From an uncultured Fidelibacterota bacterium (GTDB taxonomy: Bacteria; Fidelibacterota; UBA8477; JABMPR01): a DNA stretch of 64,000 nt. The DNA lies in assembly GCA_937888365.1 (NCBI GenBank), contig CALBFA010000043.1, forward strand, positions 12,498-76,497, in the 5' to 3' direction. Shown here piece by piece: positions 18,287 to 26,643 of the stretch. The notes under the pieces were generated by a model. The model worked only from the letters and a program-made list of their open reading frames with translations. It was not told the origin of the DNA and searched no databases. The position numbers and the translations under genes were made by a program. The number at the start of each line of letters is the position of its first letter. The stretch's first letter is position 1.

Positions 18287-18420
18287 GTAGAGCAAAAAAA
18301 CACTCTCCTCCTTGCGAAGGAGGAGTACCCGCCCGTTTGCGGGGGAGGTGGTAGAAAACACTGCCTCATAAACAAATCCACCCAATCCTTGAAATCCGTG
18401 TCCACTATTTTTTACTTTTT
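18287..18420. repeat. Element A copy 5
   Basis: Same element. Hairpin-1 loop is gcg. Confidence 0.85.
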
Positions 18421-18505
18421 CGTGACACGCCTGCTACATAAAGACACACGAGATTCTTCATTACGCTCTGTAGTAAAATCTTCGGGGTTTCACGAGATCG
18501 CAATA

Positions 18506-18535
18506 ACCTACCCCTAACCCCTTCCAAAAGAGGAA
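18506..18535 (-). repeat. Module C copy, inverted, with a degenerate right arm
   Basis: acctacccctaaccccttccaaaagaggaa. Confidence 0.7.
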
Positions 18536-18550
18536 CTAGCTTTCTCTTGT

Positions 18551-18606
18551 GTCACCCATAACTCATAATTCAAAACCCATCACTCTTCACGCGTCACTCG
18601 TCACCG
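18551..18606 (+). repeat. Heptanucleotide array (8 units)
   Basis: gtcaccc ataactc ataattc aaaaccc atcactc ttcacgc gtcactc gtcaccg. Lies 97 nt upstream of mgtE. The unit order parallels the 17348 array. Confidence 0.85.
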
Positions 18607-18702
18607 CCCCCACCCATCAATAAGCGATATGAATAATAAACATTATAATAATTCTTCGCTTCAATTGACTTCATAGACCGAAAAACTAAATTCACTCCTC
18701 AA

Positions 18703-20076
18703 ATGAAAGACACCAGACTCCATATAGACGCAATTAGAAGACTCTTGAGACGACACGCAAAAGGTAATCTCGAGAAAGTATTGACGAAACTTCATCCTGC
18801 TGATATTGCACTGATTTTTAGACATCTCAATGAAGATGAACGCGCGCAGGTCTTTCTAATTATCCCAACTGTTGAGCAAGCAGCCGAAGTCTTATCTGAA
18901 TTAGACGATAGCATTATCGAAGAAATTCTCCCGGATTTACCGATGGAGAAAATTCTTTTATTAATGAAAGAGCTTTCGGCTGATGATGAAGTTGCGATTC
19001 TAAGGTTACTCCCAGAAGAGCTATCGGATAAGATTCTTACCCAACTCAAAGGGAAAGAATCAGAAGAGATGGAAGCCCTCATGGCCTACAAGGAAGATTC
19101 CGCCGGGGCGCTTATGACGACGGAAGTTTTTGCCCTCCATGAAGATTTATCCGTAAAAGACGCCATTTCATCAATTCAAACCCAAGTAAATCAAGAGATG
19201 GTTTTCTATCTTTATGTTATTGATGACCACAGACGCCTCGTAGGTGTCATTTCATTACGCGACCTCATTACATCAAAACCTGGAAACCTCCTGTCCAATA
19301 TTATGACAACGCGTGTCCATTCAGTTGATACGGATATGAATCAAGAAGAAGTGGCACACGTTGTTTCGCGTTACAATATTCTGGCAGTCCCCGTTGTCGA
19401 TGAAGCCCATACACTCCTCGGTATTATTACGGTGGACGACGTTATCGACGTTATTCGAGAAGAAGCCACCGAAGACTTTTTGCAGATGGCCGGTGCGGGT
19501 CGTGATAAAGAGATCATTAGTAAAAACGTTTTTGATAATGTAAAATTACGGATCCCTTGGTTATTTGCATCTTGGATTGGTGGACTACTAGTGGCATCTA
19601 TCATCTCTAAATATGAAACAACTCTTGGGCAAGTTTTAGCCCTTGTGGCATTTTTACCCATTATTACGGGGATGGCTGGAAACGTTGGAACACAGACCTC
19701 AACCATCATTGTACGCGGTATTGCAACGGGTAGAGTCACGCATCAGGATAGTCTGGCGACGGTTTTTAAAGAGTTTCGTGTTGGTATTATTTTAGGTTTA
19801 CTTTATGGCCTTTTACTCGGTGGCGCTGGCTATTTAGTGGGTAGTTTAGAAATTATGGATTTAGGCGTTATGACGCCAGAACAGTTAGGCATTACCGTCG
19901 GCTCAGGCATATTTTCCGCCATGACGATTGCCACAACGATTGGCGCATTTATACCCATTGTTTTGGAAAAGCTCAATCAAGACCCGGCCATTGCAACAGG
20001 TCCTTTCGTCACAACAGCTATCGATATTGCCGGCGTCTTTGTCTATTTTGTTATTGCTAGTTTTTTCATTTTTTAA
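18703..20076 (+). CDS. mgtE: Magnesium transporter
   Basis: MgtE N-domain, CBS pair, and C-terminal TM domain with PIITGMAGNVGTQ and ATGPFVTTAIDI motifs. Confidence 0.9.
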   Translation: MKDTRLHIDAIRRLLRRHAKGNLEKVLTKLHPADIALIFRHLNEDERAQVFLIIPTVEQAAEVLSELDDSIIEEILPDLPMEKILLLMKELSADDEVAILRLLPEELSDKILTQLKGKESEEMEALMAYKEDSAGALMTTEVFALHEDLSVKDAISSIQTQVNQEMVFYLYVIDDHRRLVGVISLRDLITSKPGNLLSNIMTTRVHSVDTDMNQEEVAHVVSRYNILAVPVVDEAHTLLGIITVDDVIDVIREEATEDFLQMAGAGRDKEIISKNVFDNVKLRIPWLFASWIGGLLVASIISKYETTLGQVLALVAFLPIITGMAGNVGTQTSTIIVRGIATGRVTHQDSLATVFKEFRVGIILGLLYGLLLGGAGYLVGSLEIMDLGVMTPEQLGITVGSGIFSAMTIATTIGAFIPIVLEKLNQDPAIATGPFVTTAIDIAGVFVYFVIASFFIF

Positions 20077-20160
20077 AACATCAAAGCGCTATGTTTCCCG
20101 GCATATAATCGCCTCAAATTCGATAATATATTAATGCTAATTCAATAGTCTAAAACGTAA

Positions 20161-21273
20161 ATGCCTGTAACAATCACACTCTTTATTCTCGCCATTGCAA
20201 CATCAACTTATGTTGTATTTATCATTCTTATGTATGATGGCTTGAAGCGCGCAAGAATTGATGCCTCAAATGAGAACGCTTTACCACCAGTTTCCATCAT
20301 CATCGCGGCGAGGAATGAAGAAAGCAACATCTCTCATATTCTAGATGATATCATCAAACAAGATTACCCTAAAAATCTTCTTCATGTCTTTATTGCCAAT
20401 GACCGCTCGACAGATGCAACACCCACGATTCTAAGGAAATATTCTGCCCAATATGACTTCATCCATGACATTCATATTCATCAACACTCCACTGAAATGG
20501 CGGCAAAAAAAAATGCCTTAACACAATGCATCAAACATGTGAAAACCGAGATGATATTGAGTTGTGATGCTGACATTCGTTTGGGACTGAATTGGGTAAA
20601 AGCCATGGTTCAAGGATTCACAGAAAATACAGGTGTCATGACATCCTATTCGAGTGTAACGGGAAATAATTTGTTTGCTAGATACCAGGCCTTGGATTTC
20701 CTCGCCTTACAGGTTTCCAATGGAGCGATGCTTAATCGTGGCTATAATTGGTCTGGAACCGGACAAAATATTGCCTATCGAAAAAGTGCCTTTATCCAAA
20801 TTGACGGCTTCCGTCCAAGCGCTCATAAAGATAATGACGACGATATGTATTTAATCCAAACTATCCCGAAACAAACAGGGAGAGACGCTAAATTCAATTG
20901 GAATCCTGAAGCGATGGTTCAAACGCATCCTACGAGAGATTTCAAATCTTTTATGAATCAACGCATACGTTGGGCGTCAAATAGCAAAGGTTTGGAAAAG
21001 AGCAAACCTTTATTTTTCATCTTTCTTCTGTCCGCCTATCTTACCAATCTTGGCATTCTTATGTCGCTTTTCTTCGCCCCATTTTCACCTGTTCTTTGGA
21101 TCTCGATTTTAGTAAAATTCCTCGGCGAAGGAGCCATCCTTCTCAAAGGAAGTTCCTTAATGAATGAGAGGCGACTCATCATGCTTTTTCCCCTTTGGTT
21201 CATGATACAGCCACTGTACATCAGTTTTATGGGAATCGCTGGACGCATTGGAAAATATTCGTGGAAAGCATAA
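20161..21273 (+). CDS. Membrane-bound glycosyltransferase family 2
   Basis: VSIIIAARNEE, a D-x-D region (SCDAD) and Q-x-x-RW (QRIRWASN), with N- and C-terminal TM segments. Confidence 0.75.
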   Translation: MPVTITLFILAIATSTYVVFIILMYDGLKRARIDASNENALPPVSIIIAARNEESNISHILDDIIKQDYPKNLLHVFIANDRSTDATPTILRKYSAQYDFIHDIHIHQHSTEMAAKKNALTQCIKHVKTEMILSCDADIRLGLNWVKAMVQGFTENTGVMTSYSSVTGNNLFARYQALDFLALQVSNGAMLNRGYNWSGTGQNIAYRKSAFIQIDGFRPSAHKDNDDDMYLIQTIPKQTGRDAKFNWNPEAMVQTHPTRDFKSFMNQRIRWASNSKGLEKSKPLFFIFLLSAYLTNLGILMSLFFAPFSPVLWISILVKFLGEGAILLKGSSLMNERRLIMLFPLWFMIQPLYISFMGIAGRIGKYSWKA

Positions 21274-21274
21274 C

Positions 21275-21973
21275 GTGAGGCAATCTCAACGCAGCGTCAT
21301 CCGCCATGTATTATTGTGGATGACTTTATTTTCAATTGGATGGGGCCAGGAAACAAGGATCCAGAATTTTACAGTGTCTTTTCTCGGATTGCCCGTCATG
21401 AAGCTCGAGCGCATGATTCAAACGGATTCATTGATGACAACAGTCAGCTACGATACAAAACCCTATTCTCGATATCTTGAATCTATCGTGGATGTCGCCA
21501 ATTATTATTGGGTTCAATTTAATAATGACAACTACTCCCCCGTAACATGGGGAAAAAAGACCCACGAATTTTCCTGGGATCAGGAATACCGCGTTACTAC
21601 GGATACGACAGGTCAAATTTTTTACCCCGACTCAAAAACGATTGAATCGTCGAAACCCTATTTCTCTTTGTTTTCAGCGGTTGCTTATGTAGAAGATCTG
21701 AAGCCACAAGAAAAAATCACCATAAACGTACTCATCGAGGGACGATTTTTTAATGTAAGGGTCAGCCCCAAAGAATTTGACAAGGACGCAAGACGATACG
21801 ATGTTGAATTTATGGATTTTGTCGGTACGAATATTTTCGAGAAGACCGATATTTTGCTCACAAAATTATCGAATAATGGGACAATATTATCACTCTGGGT
21901 TCATCCAGAGAAGGGCATTATCAAAACTCAGTTTGGGAAATCCCCCATGTCGGTGGATGTTCGTCGGAATTAA
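21275..21973 (+). CDS. Hypothetical secreted protein (possibly DUF3108-like)
   Basis: GTG 21275 lies directly after the GT2 stop and yields MRQSQRSVIRHVLLWMTLFSIGWGQE, a signal-like N-terminus. No catalytic motif recognised. The ORF track starts it at TTG 21248. Confidence 0.5.
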   Translation: MRQSQRSVIRHVLLWMTLFSIGWGQETRIQNFTVSFLGLPVMKLERMIQTDSLMTTVSYDTKPYSRYLESIVDVANYYWVQFNNDNYSPVTWGKKTHEFSWDQEYRVTTDTTGQIFYPDSKTIESSKPYFSLFSAVAYVEDLKPQEKITINVLIEGRFFNVRVSPKEFDKDARRYDVEFMDFVGTNIFEKTDILLTKLSNNGTILSLWVHPEKGIIKTQFGKSPMSVDVRRN

Positions 21974-22014
21974 TTCACTTTAATTAGTGATAACTTTGAG
22001 TATTATTAGAAGCG

Positions 22015-22395
22015 ATGCGAGAATCCTTTAAAGACTTTATTTCCACTTACACGAAGACATTTATTTTCATCGTGGTTTCGGCTCTCATTATTGGATGCGG
22101 GTTCTATTTCGAGTGGGATAAAGACATCGTTGCCTCCTCCGTTGTTCTCATAGGTATCTTTAGTAATGCCTTCGCAGGTCTCATTTCGTTGATAGCCCTT
22201 GTACCCTTTTTAGGCCCCTTATTAATCAAAGTATTCTCTATCCCATTTTTTTGGCTATTGAATGCGATGGGCTATTTCGTCTCGATATTCTTTGTTAAAC
22301 GAGGGTACTCTAGCCAGGTAATGTCAGGACGCATCTTGACGATAGTCCTTCTTACGGGTGTCGTAATCGGATTTATTTTAGGCCGCATCATTTAA
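22015..22395 (+). CDS. Small integral membrane protein, unknown function
   Basis: 126 aa with 3-4 hydrophobic spans. No motif recognised. Confidence 0.45.
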   Translation: MRESFKDFISTYTKTFIFIVVSALIIGCGFYFEWDKDIVASSVVLIGIFSNAFAGLISLIALVPFLGPLLIKVFSIPFFWLLNAMGYFVSIFFVKRGYSSQVMSGRILTIVLLTGVVIGFILGRII

Positions 22396-22527
22396 AATAG
22401 ACGGACCCAACGCAGTATAAACGAATTCATATTTTACCACTCAATCTTTGAACCAATCCCGATGGCTTTTTTGTTGAGAAGACATTTATTTTCATTAGCT
22501 TAAACCACGCAAGAAGGAAGATAAAGA

Positions 22528-23055
22528 ATGCAGAACCCACTTTTCTCAAGTATTAAAGATAAACTCAATGCAAGACGCAGTAAAACGGAAGTCGCGTTGG
22601 CGAATATCTACATATTTCAAAATTTAACACGCCGCGAACTTAAACTTGTCGGCAGTATGGCGCATGTCCGTCACTATAATTCAGGCGAAAGCGTATTCGA
22701 GCAAGGCGACCCAGGAAGTGGTATGTACATCATTCTCAACGGGAGTGTGGGTGTCTATCAAAACATACCGCATTCAGAGCCACGACGCTTGAATGATTTA
22801 TACAAAGGTGATTTCCTAGGCGAATTAGCGCTTTTAGACGAGGCGCCGCGTTCCGCTAGTATCAAAACAAACGAGAATAGTATTCTCCTCGGCTTCTTTC
22901 GAGCTGATTTAATGAAACTTTTGAATTCGAAACCAGAAACAGGGAATAAAATTATGCTGGCGCTTTCAAAAGTTTTAGCACATCGATTGCGAGAAACCAA
23001 CGATGCATTGAGACTTTGCCAGCTTGAGGCATCCAAAAAAAGTGAAGCACAATAA
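22528..23055 (+). CDS. Stand-alone cyclic-nucleotide-binding domain protein
   Basis: Canonical phosphate-binding cassette FLGELALLDEAPRSASIKT. Only 175 aa, with no effector domain. Confidence 0.8.
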   Translation: MQNPLFSSIKDKLNARRSKTEVALANIYIFQNLTRRELKLVGSMAHVRHYNSGESVFEQGDPGSGMYIILNGSVGVYQNIPHSEPRRLNDLYKGDFLGELALLDEAPRSASIKTNENSILLGFFRADLMKLLNSKPETGNKIMLALSKVLAHRLRETNDALRLCQLEASKKSEAQ

Positions 23056-24179
23056 TGGGCTCTAATGCACCTGTTAGCATAAGCTCTTTTTCCATAAAAG
23101 CGGGTCAGCTTGCCTTATTTAAAGCCTTAGCTTATTTTGGGCTTTTGATTCTATTTTTTTGGAGTGCCTTCCAATTTTTACCGTATTTATACAACGTAAT
23201 TTTTATGGCGGTTGTCGCGTCGCTTCTCGCAAGTATTATTAGTCCAGTTGTCGATAGACTCGAAAGCCGCGGGATAAAAAGAAGTCTGGGAACCCTTATT
23301 GTTTTTGGAAGCTTTTTTCTGGCTTTTGGCTTTTTCCTCGTTGGCATAGTGCCCAATGTTTTGAACGAAGCGACGAAACTCTACGATATATTTCAATCAA
23401 AATCAGGTAGTTCTGAAATTAACGCCCTTATTGATTCTTTAAATGCGTCGATTGGCAAATTCTTCCCTGACGCTAAAATTGATCCTAACATCGTATCAAA
23501 ATTTGCCAGTAGTTTCTTTGGGCAACTCAAAAATATTCTAGCGGGTACCGTGGATGCCATTGCGAAATTTATTTTTACCCTCATCATAACATTGTTTTTT
23601 GTCATTGATGGGGATCGCATTATTAAAAGCACATTGGCGCTGGTACCGAATCAATATTTTGAGATGGCGTTGAATGTGAGCTACAAAATGCAAGTCAATC
23701 TCTCTAATTTTGTGCGTGGTCAAATGATGGCTGCGGGCGCTATCGCACTGGAATCATTAATCGGACTCTATTTTTTAAATATCGTTTTTGATGCCAATAT
23801 TTCGAACCCATTTCTCATTGCAGGAATTGCTGGAATGGCCAATATTATTCCTTATGTCGGCCCTGTAATGGGGATGACGCCTGCTATTATTATTAGTGTC
23901 TATAACAACCTTGGCGACCCAATAGCCGCTGCGAATTATTATTACATCGGTCATATTATTGCCATGTTTATCGGTGTTCAAGTCATCGATAATAATGTCG
24001 TTTCACCGCTTGTCATGTCGTCATCAATGAATATGCATCCCCTTTCTGTGATGTTAGTGATTCTTGTCGGGTCCCAATGGGGCATTTTAGGGATGCTCTT
24101 AGCCGTGCCGACTTGGGGCGTCGTTAAAGTCATCGTCAATGAAGTTTTAGAGGGACTACGACGGCATCATTTCGTCTAA
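23055..24179 (+). CDS. AI-2E family transporter (PerM/UPF0118)
   Basis: About 8 TM segments and the IPYVGPVMG motif typical of the family. ATG overlaps the upstream TAA (TAATG). Confidence 0.8.
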   Translation: MGSNAPVSISSFSIKAGQLALFKALAYFGLLILFFWSAFQFLPYLYNVIFMAVVASLLASIISPVVDRLESRGIKRSLGTLIVFGSFFLAFGFFLVGIVPNVLNEATKLYDIFQSKSGSSEINALIDSLNASIGKFFPDAKIDPNIVSKFASSFFGQLKNILAGTVDAIAKFIFTLIITLFFVIDGDRIIKSTLALVPNQYFEMALNVSYKMQVNLSNFVRGQMMAAGAIALESLIGLYFLNIVFDANISNPFLIAGIAGMANIIPYVGPVMGMTPAIIISVYNNLGDPIAAANYYYIGHIIAMFIGVQVIDNNVVSPLVMSSSMNMHPLSVMLVILVGSQWGILGMLLAVPTWGVVKVIVNEVLEGLRRHHFV

Positions 24180-24254
24180 ATTAGGGACGTATATTTTCAA
24201 TTTTTATTGTATAGATGATGTCGCTTCCATGATGGCTAATTCGTAAATTAAACA

Positions 24255-25514
24255 TTGTCAATTATTCAAAAACTCATTGTCTCAATAACTATAATCGCAT
24301 CATTTATTGTGATGCCTCGTGTCGCAAGTTGGAATGACGCCAGTCGTATGGCGACGATTCAAGCTATTGTCGAAAATCATACATTCGAAATCGATGACTC
24401 AAATTTTTCTGATACCGGCGACAAAGTCTTTATTGACGACCATTTCTTCTCAGATAAACCCGTTTTCCCCTCATTAATGGGAGCTGTCGTTTATTTTCCA
24501 TTATTTCATTTAGGAATAAAATTAGATGATGATTGGAATCTGGCGTATTATTTAATTACGCTATTCACGATAAAAATTTTTTGGATTTGTGGCATCGTTG
24601 CATTTTATTTTTCACTTAAATTTACAGCAATTCATGACAAATATCGTCTATGGCTGACGTGTGCGTTGGCGATTGCATCCTTACATTTTACCTGGTCATC
24701 GACATTTAATAACCATTCATTAGCGGCGTCCTCCTTAAGTATTGGTTTTTATTATTTTCTAAAATCTAAAGGGATTGGAGCAACGAAATCGACGCTTTTT
24801 CTTGCTGGATTGTTCCTTTCAATCGCAGCCGTTTCAGATTTACCCATGGCGGCTTTTTATCTCGTATTTTTAATGGATGTCATTGCGACGTCAACACTTA
24901 GACGAAAAACCCTCTACTATCTTTTGCCGTTACTTCTCACAGCTTTACCAACGCTTTATATAAATAACGCGATTTCGGGTAGTATTTTACCGATGCAACT
25001 CAATAAGCACTTTTTCGAATACCCAGGCTCACCTTGGGGTGATTTAAATGAATTGTCCGGCATTGGCATCAATCGAGGCATATTCTTTTTGAGCTACGCT
25101 TTCCATAGTTTAATAGGCAGCAAAGGTTTTCTCATTTACAATCCCTTCTTATTCATCGCGATTCCCGCCTTGATTCTCGAAATCAAAAGAAAACGAGCCT
25201 ATCATCGCGAAGCCACAATTATCGGAATCACGTCACTCATCATTATCTTTTACTATTTATTATTCACGAATAATTATGGAGGCTGGTCTTACAGTATCCG
25301 CTGGTTTGTACCGCTGCTTCCGTTTTTGTTTTTCTTCATGTATTCTTATTTCACGAAAATCAGCCGAAAAAAAGAGCGATATTTCTACGCCTTTTTCGCT
25401 ATTTCATTGATTATTTCGAGTGTGGGACTTATTAATCCGTGGTCGAATGAAACCTTAAGCGCTTCGCCCTTTATCAGTAATCTGAAAGTACTTGTGATGT
25501 TTTTAAATAATTAA
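24255..25514 (+). CDS. Polytopic membrane protein, GT-C (ArnT/PMT-like) glycosyltransferase candidate
   Basis: More than 10 TM segments. First loop carries WNDASRMATIQAIVENHTFEIDD...DDHFFSDKPVFPS, resembling the acidic first periplasmic loop of GT-C enzymes. TTG start. Confidence 0.5.
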   Translation: MSIIQKLIVSITIIASFIVMPRVASWNDASRMATIQAIVENHTFEIDDSNFSDTGDKVFIDDHFFSDKPVFPSLMGAVVYFPLFHLGIKLDDDWNLAYYLITLFTIKIFWICGIVAFYFSLKFTAIHDKYRLWLTCALAIASLHFTWSSTFNNHSLAASSLSIGFYYFLKSKGIGATKSTLFLAGLFLSIAAVSDLPMAAFYLVFLMDVIATSTLRRKTLYYLLPLLLTALPTLYINNAISGSILPMQLNKHFFEYPGSPWGDLNELSGIGINRGIFFLSYAFHSLIGSKGFLIYNPFLFIAIPALILEIKRKRAYHREATIIGITSLIIIFYYLLFTNNYGGWSYSIRWFVPLLPFLFFFMYSYFTKISRKKERYFYAFFAISLIISSVGLINPWSNETLSASPFISNLKVLVMFLNN

Positions 25515-25560
25515 CCGAGGTATTTACGTGTAATAAGCGTCGCGAACGAGGGACATCAAT

Positions 25561-26643
25561 TCATTCTTTTGAGGTTTTAAAGAATAAAATTGAACCTAGA
25601 AGTAGAAAAAACACGTTTCCAAACCAAACTGAAATAGCGGGATGCATAGATGACGAGTGCCCAACTTTTTGACCACCAATGATCAAAATATAATAGACGA
25701 ACAGGACGACGATGGATTTACCCACCGCCGATGCGAGATTTTCGCGACTTCCTCCAATTGCAAATGATATGCCCAGAAGAAGTGTTATAAATCCTGAAAA
25801 CACGAAGGCAATTTTAAAATGGAAATCAACAATCCATCGATGTGGATTAAGTCCAAGCACTTGCTTCTTTTTAATGAATTCGGTGAGTTGAAAAATATTC
25901 ATTTCATCAGGACGAACTTGTTCCTTAGCAATATCTGCTGGTGTAATGGATAATAATGGTAAGCCAATCTCACTGAGTTGTGAGAAAGAGATATTGCCTT
26001 CACTATTGAATTCTCGAAAAGTCCCTGCTACTGCAGACCATTGTTTAGTTGAGTCAATCCAACTAAGTTTGGGAATATCATATCGCCGCGTGAGATTTTC
26101 GTTGGCAATTGAAAGCAATGCTACGTCGTAGCCATAATTCATTTTTGTATCAAAAACATTCATCAATATTATCCATCCTGATGGATCTTGCCGAACGACC
26201 TCTCGAATTTTTTGAGGCGATCTTCTAGGTTTCAATTGTTCGCGCATAATTGTTTTATTGGCGTGGTTAAAAGGCATCACCACTAAATTTTGAAACCAAA
26301 ATTGGAAAAAGACAATGCAGAGGCCTAAAGCAATTAATCCTCGTGTCATTCGCCAGAGACTTACGCCAGAAGCCCGAAGCGCCGCAATTTCGTAGTGACG
26401 ATTAAGCATTCCGAGGCTAAACACCGTCCCTAAAAGCATGGACATTGGAATGGCGGTGTCGATAAAATAGGGGATATTGTAATAATAATAAATGGCAACG
26501 AGCTCAATCGTAGCGCCAGCGTCGACGAATTTGTCTATATTTTCAACAAAATCGCCTATGGTAAAGAGTCCCACGAGGCTTCCTAAAACTAAAAAGAAGA
26601 CATGTATAAATGTTGTTAAAATATATCGAGTTAATAAACTCAT
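25561..26643 (-). CDS. LPS export ABC permease, LptF/LptG (YjgP/YjgQ) family
   Basis: 360 aa with 3+3 TM segments around a central periplasmic beta-jellyroll-sized insert. LLTRYIL N-terminal motif. Confidence 0.8.
   Translation of the reverse strand: MSLLTRYILTTFIHVFFLVLGSLVGLFTIGDFVENIDKFVDAGATIELVAIYYYYNIPYFIDTAIPMSMLLGTVFSLGMLNRHYEIAALRASGVSLWRMTRGLIALGLCIVFFQFWFQNLVVMPFNHANKTIMREQLKPRRSPQKIREVVRQDPSGWIILMNVFDTKMNYGYDVALLSIANENLTRRYDIPKLSWIDSTKQWSAVAGTFREFNSEGNISFSQLSEIGLPLLSITPADIAKEQVRPDEMNIFQLTEFIKKKQVLGLNPHRWIVDFHFKIAFVFSGFITLLLGISFAIGGSRENLASAVGKSIVVLFVYYILIIGGQKVGHSSSMHPAISVWFGNVFFLLLGSILFFKTSKE

Noticed and set aside
17033-18405. Five ORFs of 61-107 aa in the 17.1-18.4 kb spacer (for example 17532-17855+, 17902-18096-, 18145-18405-)
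   Set aside because: Each is a read-through of elements A, B, C or heptad arrays, giving translations such as LPPPPQTGGYSS or VTCHSLLVT. The same peptides recur wherever the repeat recurs, in varying frames. There is no start context or coding periodicity.
11222-18702. CRISPR array hypothesis for the repeat field
   Set aside because: The repeats are of several unrelated families, have variable lengths (7 to 133 nt), occur in both orientations and are not separated by uniform unique spacers. No cas genes are present.
11222-18702. Insertion sequence, transposon or integrated mobile element
   Set aside because: No transposase, integrase, recombinase or phage-like ORF is found in any frame. The modules are too short to be autonomous. 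At most they are non-autonomous (MITE-like) elements.
19371-19739. 122-aa minus-strand ORF inside mgtE
   Set aside because: It is antisense to the conserved MgtE CBS/TM region. This is a typical shadow ORF.
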